Source of the DNA: Octopus vulgaris
Taxonomy: Eukaryota
Length of the DNA: 64,000 nucleotides
Reading direction: 5' to 3'
NCBI GenBank assembly: GCA_951406725.2
Contig: OX597823.1
Coordinates: forward strand, 558,001-622,000
The translations under genes were made by a program, and so were the position numbers. The notes under the pieces are model-generated. The model saw nothing but the letters and a program-made list of their open reading frames with translations. It was not told the DNA's origin and ran no database searches. Below, piece after piece: positions 10,633 to 23,629 of this stretch (positions are counted from its first letter, which is position 1; every line of letters starts with the position of its first letter).

Positions 10633-12959
10633 GCTAGTATTGTAAAATATTGTCAACTAATATTAAACAGAAAAGCAAATAGATTGGGTTTCTCTCTGCT
10701 GATGACATCACAGTTAATTAAAAATGAGGATAGAATGAAGATGAAGTGTTATAGAATATTGATGATAATATGGTACTAAATACTATATACAGTAAAAAAA
10801 AATAGAGATATTTTTTTATTACGTGAACTCTTTTATAAATACACAGTATAAACATTGATTCCTAAGAGACAGAAAGCCTCTATTTTCTTTTTTTTTGAGA
10901 TGAGCATAATAGTTCTTATCAATTTTGGGAGGACAAATGACAAATTAAACTCAATATAAAGTCATCAATAACAGTGGTATTGATAAACTCATGTGTCGTG
11001 TGTGTCTTAACAGTTCTTGACTTGCCCTTGCAGGTTTTATTTAAAGAATATTGTGGGGTTTTGGTGTTATGAAACAATGTTTAAGTGTGGTCAAAGGCTA
11101 TAGTAGAGGACACTTGCCCAAGATGCCATGCAGTGGGACTGAATCGGAACCATGCAGTTGGGGAGCAAACTTATTCCTACATAGCCACGGCAGGGGAAAT
11201 TCAGGAACTGTCACAACTCGAAGATTGTAGTTCAGTAATCTAACCAACATTGTCAACTCTTGTTAGAGAGAAACCTAATGCTACCATCTGATAAAATGTT
11301 TCAATCCAATTTTTTGAATTGTTCTCTATGCTAAATCAAAAGTGTTAAAAATTACCAAAATAAAAAGTGAGTTATCTTTACAATTAAAATAATAACAAAA
11401 TCAATTTTCGAGCTGAATAAAAACCAGTGAAAACATCATATCCACAAAGTTCTACAGTTGGAGGTTTTTAAGCTTGACAGAATTTTGAAATTTTGTTCTG
11501 GGTAATATTTCTAGTGTTTTATTTTAATATCTTTGTCACTGTTTAATTTTACTTTTGTTGCTATTATAGATTATATACAGCAGTTCCGACCCTTATGAAT
11601 TGGCATGACTTAAGGAGGTAACTTTACTTCTTTTCTTTTTATTCTCTATGCTTTTGGGAATCAGAGAAACTTTTCATTTAAGAATATTTGAAATAAATTT
11701 ATTCTATAGAATAAAGTTACATAAACCCCCTTAAACCATCATGTGAATACATTTACCAAACAAGACGACTTCCAAATAGTTCCTGCTAAAACCGATGGCA
11801 TGTATCCTTACTAAATTCTTTAAGCTTTTTCTGTATGCATCTATTTTGAGTTATGAAATTAATTTTATAGAGTATCGCATCTCCCAGAAGGTAAGTATTC
11901 AAACTGTCCACATTCAATATGTCAAAGATGATATACATGGTCTTACCACTGTCTATTTATAACCTCATTCAATGACCACCAGTTTGGTTTCCATACATAC
12001 AGATCTACATGAAACTGCTTTTTGCAGCAGGTTAAATTACTGCAGCTAAATCTCCCTCATATGACACCCTCCAGTCTTTAAAAAAAAAAAAATCAAGGGG
12101 ACACAATTGGATAATATAATCCTTGAAGCAAGCTAGAAAATTAAAAAAAAGATATGTACTAGTGACGTTTGGAACACATCTAATCTCACCAGGACTTAAG
12201 GGAAGCGAAATTAACAACTGCAAAACATCTTGCAAAATAAAACAAGTGGAGCCTTTGGAAAACTGTGAAAGAAAGTTGAAAAATATTTTGAGAAGACAGC
12301 AAGACTGGATCTGGTTTATGTAGTTGGTAAGAAACAAAGCTGAGGTTGACATTGACTGATGATAGACAATAAGAATATCTACAAATAAACAAGCTTTCTG
12401 ACAAATTGGGTGCATTCTGTTAGCATGTTGAAAAATACCCCAGGGACAGCAATGATATAGAAACGTTAGAAAAAAAAGGAAAAAGAAAACCACTACCCCA
12501 TAATGTAAACGAAATACTGTCATCTGTTGAAAATTTAATTATTAATATAAAATAATTTACTTCTCTACCTGCTAGAAAGAACAGGCAGATCACCCTCACA
12601 TTAAACAAGGACAAACTGAATAATATAGTTCTAGATACTCCTAAAAGGACAGGATAGTCATGGTTGGAATGCTTTTGATCATAAGTTTGTTCAATCAGAA
12701 ACAGAATGAGTGTTTAAATTTCCCAGCGGGGAATTTCATTCTCAAAAGAGAATGGCCATAAATCAAAATAAGGAAAAAAATTTCTTTAGTCTACAAAAAT
12801 CCTGGAAATTCTGAGAGGAGGCAAATGTTTTTGGGGAACAATTCAATGTGAGAATGGTTATTGCAAGAGATAGAATATGGCTTAGTCTTTGTCCCTAAAA
12901 TAAGAAGATATTTCAAAGTTGGAAAATAATCAAGAATTTGAAGGAATTTAGAAAGATAA

Positions 12960-13250
12960 GTAGGCATTGCTGTGTGGTAAGAAGCTTGCTTCCCAACCAC
13001 ATGGTTCTAGGTTCAGACCCACGCTTACTAAGGCTTTGTGAGTGGATTTGATAGATGGAAACTCAAAGAATCCTATGGTATATACATATGTTTACATCCT
13101 CATAGCTTAGCAGTTTGTCAAAAAAGACTGCTAAAATAAGGACCAGGCTTAAGAGAAAAATAAGTACTGGGGTCAGTTCATTCAACTAAAAACTTTTCAA
13201 GGTGGTGCCCCAGCATGGACACAGCCTAATGACTGAAACAAGTAAAAGAT
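12960..13250 (+). mobile_element. Family-2 SINE (internally deleted)
   Basis: GCTGTGTGGTAAGAAGCTTGCTTCCCAACCACATGGTTCTAGGTTCAG head; GGTGGTGCCCCAGCATGG..GACTGAAACAAGTAAAAG tail. Confidence 0.8.
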
Positions 13251-13254
13251 AGAT

Positions 13255-16200
13255 AACGTCCGTTTTCCGTGCTAGCACGGGTTGGACAGTTCGACCGGGG
13301 TCTGGGAAGCCAGGAGGCTGCACCAGACTCCAGTCTGATCTGGCAGTGTTTCTACAGCTGGATGCCATTCCTAATGCCAACCACTCCGCGAGTGTAGTGG
13401 GTGCTTTTTACATGCCAGGGGCATCTAGTAGCGGCCACGATCGGTTGGTGCTTTTTACGTGCCACAGGCACGGAAGCCAGTCAAGGTGGTGCTGGCATCG
13501 GCCACGTTCAGATGGTGCTTTTTACGTGCCACCAGCACAGGTATCACAACTACTATTTCCATTGATGTTTATTTCAATGTTCATGTACTTGACTCAATAG
13601 GTCCCCTCAAGCACAGCGGGTTGTTCTGAAATCCAAGGTACTTTGAATGGGCTGGGGCTATGTGGAACTGGTGCAGGAAGCAGCCCGGGTCTTTGCAGTC
13701 ACAGCATATCTCCAGAGATCAGGTAGCGGAAACTATCAACTACTTCTAGTTTCTCCCCCTGGAGTGTGATGGAATCTGTTTTTGAGTATCTGTGGTGTCT
13801 ATTGTCCCTGTGCATCTGCCGCACATGAAAGCTATCTTATCAGTTAATTTTCCTTTGATGTTGCTGCACCTCTTATGTGCCCATAGCTTACACTGGGTAC
13901 ATCTTATGGAGTTTCTACCTACACCTTTTCTACAGATCGAGCAGGGTCACCTGCCCGAGGGGGTGTGTGATGAGTTCGCCTTTCTGCTTACTATAACTTT
14001 GGTCTTTGCTACATTGACTCTAAGGCCCTTTGATTCTAAACCTTGCTTCCACACCTGAAATTTCTTCTCTAGTTCCAGTAGTGATTCTGCTATGAGAGCC
14101 AGGTCATCAGCATAGAGGAGCTCCCAGGGGCAACATGTTTTCAATTCCTCTGTTATTGCCTGGAGGACTATGATGAATAAAAGGGGACTGATGGCTGAAC
14201 CTAGGTGTACACCTACATCTACCTGGAATTCTTCACTGTACTCATTGCCAATCCTAACCTTACTGACAGCCTCTCTGTGTAGAGGGCCTGTACAGCCCTT
14301 ATTAACCATTCGTCAATCTCCAGTTTCCGCATCGACCACCAGATAAGGGATTGGGGGACCCTGTCAAAGGCTTTCTCCAAGTCCACAAAAGCTATGTAGA
14401 GGGGTTTATCTTTAGCTAGGTATTTCTCCTGCAGTAGTCGAACCAGGAATATAGAATCAGTGGTGCTTCTACCCAGCACAAAACCGAACTGCATCTCATC
14501 TAAGTAAATTCTCTCCCTAATGAGATGGGTTATGACCCTCTCTGTGACCTTCATCACCTGATCCAACAGTTTAATACCCCTGTAGTTATTTCTATCTAGA
14601 GCATCACCTATACCCTTGTAGCAGTTGACTATGGTGCTGCTACGCCAGTCATTGGGTATGACTCCATTATGAACTACCTGGTTTACAATGCGGGTGACTA
14701 GGCCATAGCCCACATAGCCAGCTGTTTTAAGCATCTCAGCAGTGATTCCTGATGGGCCGGGGGCTTTACCTGGTTTCATACCCTTAATTGCCTTAACTAC
14801 AAGGTAGCTCTCTATTTGGATAGCTGGTCCCTCTACTGGGTCAACATTTGGCAGGCTCTCCTCCTCCCATTCATTCTCCTCATTCAGCAGTCTTTCATAA
14901 TGGCTTCTCCAAGCCTGTTTCTTTTCACTAACAGTAAAAGCAAGTGCCCCATCATCCATGCGGACACATTTCTCTCCTGTAACATCACTATTTTCTCTCA
15001 CACACTGTCTAGCAATCCGAAATACCTCAGTTCTTTGGTCCTCACGTTGCTGGACATTGGCAAACTTCTTCTTTTCTGCTTCACCCTTGGCTATGTATAC
15101 CTGCCGCCCAGCCTCCCTTTTGGCTACCTCGTACCGTTCCCTGCTACCCCAACCCTTCCAGGTTTTCCAGGCCTGTTTCTTTGCTCTAATGACTTTGTCT
15201 ACGGAACTATTCCACCACCATGTCACTCTAGGTCTCGAAGGGACTTTGCACCATCCACAGACTTGGTCTGTGGCACTCAGCAAGCTGTCCTGTAGGAATT
15301 TCCAGCTACCTTCTATGTCCGACGTCTGTAGCTCCTCCTCTCTCTCATCAAATTTCTTGACCATGTGAAGGGTTCTTTAGCTTCCAAATCCTTCTTTTCT
15401 GGATTGGTCTGTTTCTTGGTATCCTTCTGGTCTCAAGCCTAACGTCACTAATGATTAGCCTATGCTGAGGGGTACATTCTTCACCCGGGAGGGTCTTTGT
15501 ATTTAAGAGCAACCCTGCATCCCGCTGTCTGGTGAGGATGAAGTCTATTTGGCTAGTGGAGTCCCCTGACTGATAGGTTATAAGGTGGCAGTCTGGCTTC
15601 CTGAAGTTAGTATTGCAGATTAAAAGGTTACATGCATCACAGAATTCCAGTAGTCTAGTTTCCTCATCATTTCTGGTGCCAATACCATGGCCACCATGTA
15701 CCCAGTGAAGATACCCGATTCCCGCCCAAGATGCCCATTAAAGTCTCCAGCCACAAAGATGAGGTCCTTGCCACTCGTCTTTGAGGTAGCCTGTAGAAGG
15801 GTATCATAAAAGTGGTCCTTCTGATCATTTGGTAGACCCGCATGTGGGGCATAGGCGGAGATAATCGTAGCTATGCCGCTCTGTAGGACTAACCTGAGCT
15901 GAAGCACTCTATCGCAAACCCTGACAACCTCTATGACCTTATCCACCCATTTCTCCGCAAGGAGAATGCCTACACCCCCTACACCATCCATGTTACCTTG
16001 CCAGAAGACTTTATACCTATGTGCCTTGCCTGTGAGGACCCTAGCTGAAGCACCTCTCCATCTTACCTCTTGTGTGCAGCATACATCAACCCGTCTTCTT
16101 TCAAGCATCTCTACAATCTCACTAGACCTACCTTTCAGTGTACCAACATTCACAGTGCCAACTCTGAAAACTGGGAAGGTAATGTGGGGTGAGGTTTGGG

Positions 16201-16380
16201 GAGGAGGGATGCAATTCAGCGCATGAAAAGAAGAGGGTTGTTATGGTGATCGTTTTTTAGGCATTTTTCATCTGATCTCTCTTCCGACCTGACAACATTC
16301 AAGCATTTAGGCATGTTAAGGTTGTGGCCCCTGTTGTAGGCAGGAGCTGGTGTTAGCAGCGTTGTAAGCATAAGCATTAA
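13255..16380 (-). mobile_element. RTE-clade LINE copy B, near full length but dead (APE endonuclease + RT + PHD-like finger; frameshifts and a ~0.5 kb deletion)
   Basis: 15620-16153 APE (NVGTL, QEVRW, SAYAP, GDFNGH); 14219-15364 RT (PGPSGI, YRGIKLL, QFGF, FVDLEKAFDRVP); 13947-14309 LYADD. Junction at 13720 skips the segment equal to ~2467-2980 of copy A. The 5' limit is uncertain. Confidence 0.95.
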
Positions 16381-16381
16381 A

Positions 16382-16415
<34 letters not shown>

Positions 16416-16460
16416 TATATATATATGTAATATATAAAATATATATATATTTATATATGT

Positions 16461-16756
16461 GGAGGCACAATGGCCCGGTGGTTAGGGCAGGGGACTCGCA
16501 GTTGTAGGATCGCAGTTTCGATTCCCAGACCGGACGTTGTGAGTGCTTGAGTGAAAACACCTAAAAGCTCCACGAGGCTCCACCATGGGGTGGTGGCGAT
16601 CCCTGCTGTACTCTTTCACCATGACTTTCTCTCACTCTTTCTTGTTGGCCTGCTTGCTTAGCCAGCGGGGTGGCGTCATTTGAAGGCTAAAACAATGCAA
16701 AGCGCATTGTGACCAGCGATGTGTAGCAACATCTGATAGCCTGGTCGGTCACGTGA
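16461..16756 (+). mobile_element. tRNA-derived SINE family 3, inserted in (TA)n
   Basis: A-box-like TGGCCCGGTGG and B-box-like GTTTCGATTCC; ~300 bp, CpG-retaining body ending GGTCACGTGA; TA repeats on both sides. Confidence 0.8.
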
Positions 16757-17087
16757 ATACACACATATATATATATGGCAGGTAAGAAGCACTACTTTTA
16801 CAATAAATGTAAAAGAGGTCTCTTGACAAGTACTTTAAGCAAGACTATAGCTATTTCACGAAGTACTTCCAAATGCAATCATTTTGAGAAGTTGAGCTTC
16901 ACAAAGATGGAGCGAATGAAGTCAACTCATAAACTGTAGGAAACCAGTAAAACATTTAAAAAATGTTTCAAAAGTACCCTTCATCCTCTTCATGCTAATT
17001 ACAGCTTAGGCAAACAACTCTTATCTTGATAGGAAGAAATTAGAAAAATTTTTTCATACGTAAATATTTACATTTTACTTGTACTTT

Positions 17088-17123
<36 letters not shown>

Positions 17124-17286
17124 GTATATACAAACAAAATATATACATTATAGTCAGAGACAAATTATTTCTTCAATGACTAACACATTTTTATTTGTAT
17201 GTGTGTGTGTGTGTGTGTACACACACACACAAATAATTCTTTAATGATTAACACATTTGCATATGTCTATACACAAACACATACAG

Positions 17287-17327
<41 letters not shown>

Positions 17328-18315
17328 TTATTAGCTGAATATATATACACATACATACATAAATCTTTTGCACATGTACACATATTTACACAAAACAAAT
17401 ATAATAGAGTTATGTCCTTCACAGTAACAGCATAAACATTCCAATGTTGATATTGAAACAATGTAACCTCCACACAATATTGATATGAAACTGATATCGT
17501 ATCAACAATAAACAGGCACCAGTTTTATCACTTACAGGCTCACATATAATATCCAACTAAAACAAAATATATCAAAAAGCCAACATTTCATTTAATATAC
17601 AAACGACATCATTATGTATGTGTGATTGTGTATGTGTGTGTGTGTGTGTCCAGTTTTATTACTACCACAAAAATAGCACCCTTCATTTGTACCCAACAAT
17701 GAGTACTTCTATGTTAATCTGTTATACAAAGGATCTCTCTCTCTCTCTCTCTCTCTCTGTTCTACACACACTTCACCATCCAAACTGATAATCCAGTATT
17801 ACTGATGCTGTCAATAACTACTCTAGGTAGGAACTGCCACTTCTTTGCACCATCAAATATCAGCAAATATAGAAACAAGTTTTAACATTATTGTTTTGTG
17901 GTGGTGGTCGTGGTGGATATAAACAGTAGGATTGTCTAGGTCACTACCTCACAGGTGTATTCTATCCATTCACAGTCAAAGTACAAAAAGGTACTGAGGT
18001 TCACTCTATTGTCTATACTCTTTATCTGATATTGTGTATAGTATAAGGAACAAACTATTATCATCATCATCATTATCATCAATGTGGCAAGCTGGCAGAA
18101 TCCTGTAATCAACCTGCCATTCCTCACAAATTGCTGGTCTTGTGCCATAATTTGAAACGATTATTATTATTATTATTACTATCATCATCTTGTTTACACA
18201 CAAAACCCTCACAAAGCACACACACACACACACACATCCTTTGTTTTGTCCTGTGCTGTCCATATTTTTCTGAATGTAAACCCTTGTGGTTAATAAAGAA
18301 ATCATCATCATCAAA

Positions 18316-18687
18316 GAGGCAAGCTAACATAACTATTGGCACAGCAGACAAAATGCTTGGTGGGATTTACTGTCTTTGTGTTGAATTCAAATTCCCCACC
18401 CAGGTCCACTTTGCATTTCATCCTTTCAGGGTCAACAAAATAAGGACCAGCTGAGCACTGGGGGTCAATGTCATTGACTTATCCCCTCCCCTAAAACTGC
18501 TGGCCTTCTGCCAAAATTTGAAATCATTATTATCATTGTTATTGGCTTTCTGAGTTCAAATTACACCAAGGTCAACTTTGCCTTTCATCCTTTCAGAGTC
18601 AATGAAATAAGTACCAGTTGGAGCAATGGGGGTCCAAATACCTCTCCCCAAAATATTCTAGGCTTTGTGCCTATAGTAGAAAGGATT
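18316..18687 (+). mobile_element. Two family-1 SINE copies
   Basis: TTTCATCCTTTCAGGGTCAACAAAATAAGGACCAG and TTTCATCCTTTCAGAGTCAATGAAATAAGTACCAG cores. Confidence 0.75.
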
Positions 18688-19103
18688 AAGCATCAAGTAC
18701 AGGTTGATGATTGTGTTCTCAGTAAAGTGAGTCTATAAATGCCTCTGATTCCTAGAGGGGTCACACATGACCTTGAAAAAGAAAAGGGAAAAGGCAGGAG
18801 TGGGCCTGCAACTTTTTGTTCTTTTGCCATGGATTCTGATACAGCAATTTTAAGTGAGAAATCCTTTTCGTCAGATGGCAGATTTCCTACAACACAAGCA
18901 TATACTTTGATATATTTGTGATTCTTCATGCGACTTCGAATTCCACAGAAGTCAAATTTGTCTTTCATCCTTCCGGGGTGGATAAAATATAATTCAAGTT
19001 TTTTTAACAGTTCTTTGAAATTGGTGGTCTTGTGTCTATGTTAGAAATCCTGATTAAGTATTATGATTACCCTATTAGACCATTGATGCTGCTGCTGCTG
19101 CTG

Positions 19104-19134
<31 letters not shown>

Positions 19135-19669
19135 CACCACCACCACCATGGCCACCAAAATAACCACTATCATCACAATATTTCGTTTGAAAGATCAAAA
19201 TTAAAAGGTAAGTTTGCACCTGCTCAGCTATCAGTCATAATTAATTAACAAGGCTTATGTATTGTTATTTCTCTGAGAACAAGTTTTCTGCCATGAAGAA
19301 CCTTAGGCAAGTTCTTCAATAAGTTTTCATGGAAACACAAAAAATAAAATGAAAATAAATATGAAATTAAATGTGATGTGGAAAGCTTCAGGTGAAGGTG
19401 CACCTGGGTAGATACTTTTGGTACTTGTTTTGACTTCATTCTACGCTATGTCTGACATTACCTGTAAGTGTTCCAGGATTGATAAAATATAAACATAACA
19501 ATCCATTAGATTTTGCCCAATTAAAAAACTCAGCCGTAAGAATCTGAGTGGAGGAATAGAATGTGGTGCAGATGGTGGTGAATTGAAACTGTGACATATA
19601 TTGGAGTTCAAGTCCCATTGAGATTTACTTAGCATTTTAACATTACATAGCACAGGGGAGAGAGAGAGG

Positions 19670-19721
<52 letters not shown>

Positions 19722-21589
19722 CGGCAAGTTGAGATCATGATGGCGTTTCAATAACTGGCTGAAACCATTTCCTTTCTATCATAATGCAAATGAGAGGAGA
19801 GAGAAAGAGGTGGACAGACAGAGACAGAGAGGGACAGACAGACAGATTACTGTCAAAATATTGCTTTCCTGCACTGACCCTAAACTGAAAAACCTTTGTG
19901 TTAGTCTAAAACCAATATATCCAAGAACTACTAGCACACAGAACAGCATGCCCTTTTGCCTAATATATTCAAGATGACTCTAGAAACAACCCCTCCTTCC
20001 AGACAACCCTGCTACCCATCCAAAAATAAATATTCAATTTCCAAATTTTACCAGTCAACTGCTAATTTTGAATTCTTTAGAAAAGAGAACTGGACTGACA
20101 ATTCAATGGAGAAAATAAGGAGCAGAAATTATAACTATTGTCAAGGTAGCTCATTCCTCAAAGTTCAATATAGTGTTGCCTTGCATAAGGTCAAGGGAGG
20201 GAGGTCAGTAAAACAGGTACCAATATTCAGGGGCTGATTACAATTAATCCCAATCTCCTTTATTAGAAAAAAAAACTATCTTCTCCCAATTCAAATGAAA
20301 TGGTTTGTTAATATTTTTATTGATAATCAAAAATAGTAACAAGACAACCATACTGAATATTTTATACTATCCACTTTGGTTTCTCACTTTGCAGAGTTCA
20401 AATCACTGTCAGTTTGACTAACTTTCATTCCCTGAAGGTTGGTAAAGTATTGGTGATACAATCAATTCTGTTCCGAGAAATTGGCTTTCTGCCGACTGAA
20501 AGACAATTACTATTATTATTATTATTGAAGCTGCTGTTGTTATTACTGTGGTGTCTTAAGTAATAATAGGCGTTGTGTCATTTGCTAGAGGTAGAGTGTT
20601 TCGATATACGAGGTGGCAGCAATCAGTAAGCCACAGAGAAGGAGGCAGAAGTGAAGAGAGCAATTGATGGAAATTTGTGAGAAATGCTGCACCATCAGCA
20701 ACATCGGTGCCAAGATGACAACCGCCAACCACAGTACTTCCTCTCAGAATCTCCACCTCCCTAACAGAGACTACCTAGAATGTTTTGGTAACTGAAACAA
20801 ATGCTCACAACCAGAAGCACCGCCAACATTACCAATTTTATAACAGTAGCAGCAATAGACGAGGATGAAGGTAAAGGTGAAACAGGTGAAGACGTAATAG
20901 TAGTCGGGCGGGGAGGGGGGGCGAATAAAAGGTAGGAAAAAGAGAAGAAACGAAGAGAAAACGGGATGAAATGAAGACGTAAAATGATGATCAGATGGAA
21001 GAAATGAAAGGATGAAGAAAGAATTTAAGAGCGACTGGAATATTTAAATATGAGCAATGGTTGGTTTTTTTAGGGAGGGGGGGGGGCAGAGTTGAAGGCC
21101 ATCGCATAGTAACGGAAGGGTGCTGAAGATGAAGGCCACTGAATCACTATATAATGGTAAACACATCTCTCAATAAAAGATTTTTCCTCTCGTGCGTGCG
21201 TATATATGCAATATGCGTATTTTGTAGGTGTGTGTGTGTGTGTGCACGCACACAGATACAGAATCGTGCGCGGGAGATGCATAGAGCAATCGTTCTACAC
21301 ACATATACACACGTCGGTGTAAGTATCTATTATACAAAATTCACCAATTCCAAGATAAATATCTGGAAAGCTGTGTGTGTGCGTGTGTACACAATATTAT
21401 ACAGGTTATATACATATTTGAATACATACATATAACAAAATCTGTATACACACACACAACTCAGTGGATTTACGTATTTCTTAAATAATCGTCAATATGT
21501 TTTGATATTTCATATTTGAACTTTTACATGACTGTTCTGATTACAATATACACTCGGCATGGAGAGGAATCAAATTCTTTTAAACAATA

Positions 21590-22029
21590 TTATATATATC
21601 TATCTATTAATTATATTATATTATATATATATTATATTATATGTATATATTGTATTATATATATATAAATTATATTATATTATATTATATATATATATAA
21701 ATTATATTATATTATATTATATATATATATAAATTATATTATATTATATTATATTATTTATATATAAATTACATTATATATATTATATATATATAAATTA
21801 CATTATATATATTATATATATATAAATTATATTATATTATTTATATATAAATTACATTATATATATTATATATATATAAATTATATTATATTATTTATAT
21901 ATAAATTACATTATATATATTATATATATATAAATTATATTATATATATGTATAAATTATATTATATTATATATATATTAATTATATTATATATGTCATA
22001 TTATATATATTAATCATTATATATTACAT

Positions 22030-22052
<23 letters not shown>
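21590..22052. repeat. Almost pure A/T compound minisatellite
   Basis: Reiterated TATATATAAATTA(T/C)ATTAT units over ~460 bp. Confidence 0.9.
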
Positions 22053-22086
<34 letters not shown>

Positions 22087-22999
22087 ATGTATCTATATAT
22101 ATATATATATAAGGTAAACCTAAGAGTGATGTAAAAGTGAAGCTGAAATATGAATGCGTGTCGTCGACGATTGTGTAAGAAATAGGTAAATGCACAATTT
22201 CTAATAAAAAGAAAAGAAAAGAAAAGAAAAGGCAAGTGTGTGATCCATGGAGAGAGATCGGTGGAGGGGTAAGTGGGAGAAAAAGCAAATAAAGATTGAT
22301 AAACAAGAGGAAATGTGGCCCTTTTTTTTATGTGAAATGAAAGTGGTTTCTTGTTGGAATTGGCGATTGGCCTTTAATGAATGTTTGGTGGTTGTGCGAA
22401 GGAAAGGATAAATGATTCTGATTTTATATTGGAGAAGGCCATCCTCACTTTTAGACATTTCGTGGAGACATCATCATCATCATCACAAGCAGACACACAA
22501 GATGTATTTATTCGTTATAAACACACATTATATAGACATAGAGGAGACGATAGGAAACGATTTTAACATCGATTGCAGACATCATCATCATCATTATGAA
22601 GAAGAAGAAATGTCTCCACACAGACATTGGAATATTTCATTCTAAACACATTCACTCATCATTCATTACACACACACACACACAATATATATTTCGAGTC
22701 GTACTTCCTCCTTCACACACACAGACACAAGAAGCTTTATTTATCCTAAACACTCACTCACCCGTTTATTATTTATTATAAATTCAAACATTACAGACCT
22801 CATCTAAAAACACCTGACGCAATCCAAAGAGACAAAATCACAAACATTTATCACCACCAAAGCTCCTCTTCACCATAATCAACGGCAAATACAAAGAGAA
22901 AACCAACAGTTTCATAATAAATCAGAAAAGACAAATCACAACTAATAACAATAACAAAAAGGCAGGCAAAGAGAGAGAGACAAGTGATGTTCTGGTTAC

Positions 23000-23057
23000 C
23001 TTCTTCATCCGTTTTCTCCAGACTCGCTTCCTTAACCATTTCTTGACGTTCTTCCAT
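23000..23057 (-). CDS. Candidate first coding exon of an unidentified host gene (MEERQEMVKEASLEKTDEE-G, phase-1 donor)
   Basis: AAAAATGG start context at 23057, 58 coding nt, then AAG|GTAACC donor at 22999. Lies in TE-free sequence downstream of the CpG island. Confidence 0.55.
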
Positions 23058-23569
23058 TTTTTACTTTTAGATTTTCATTCAATTTCTTAGATTTTCTTTT
23101 CGCTTACGATTCTTATTTCTAATGCAATTGGTAAAGGGGAACTTTTCTTTTCAGAGGGGGTTCCTTTTCCTTTGCTCCCCCCCTCAATTCGCTCACCACA
23201 TATTATATAAGGATGATTATTACTATTATTATTATTATTGTTAATTAATTAATTACTACATCATTAATCCAGCCCGGGTGTCTTCTTCTTCCTTCTCTCT
23301 CTCTCTCTCTTACATATCATATATTTATAGATTGTCTGTTATCACTACTTACGTAGATTATTATTCTTCTAATTGTTCTAATTCTTACATTATCCCCGAT
23401 CTCTCTCCTCCCGAAAATCCTTCACCAAATTCACGGCATTTAAAAATGTCCACTCGATCCTTCTCACATCAAAATTATTCTAATTATTATTTAACACCAT
23501 TCACACACAAACACCGATCGAGCTGTGATTTCTTCACTTTTTCCACAAACACACACCATATACATACAT

Positions 23570-23601
<32 letters not shown>

Positions 23602-23629
23602 CAATCATAACACCGCTATATACACACAC

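Noticed and set aside
14816-15368. Plus-strand ORFs overlapping RTE copies (also 2065-2889 and 30897-31220)
   Set aside because: Antisense shadows of the LINE ORF.
16160-16380. HDV-like ribozyme expected at an RTE 5' end
   Set aside because: I could not identify the nested double-pseudoknot pairings by eye; a covariance or descriptor search is needed.
16461-16535. tRNA gene
   Set aside because: A/B boxes are present, but there is no complete cloverleaf and it runs into a SINE body; the same applies to the other SINE heads.
17925-18003. let-7-like TGAGGTAGT on the minus strand
   Set aside because: Only the first 9 nt match, and there is no pre-miRNA-quality hairpin.
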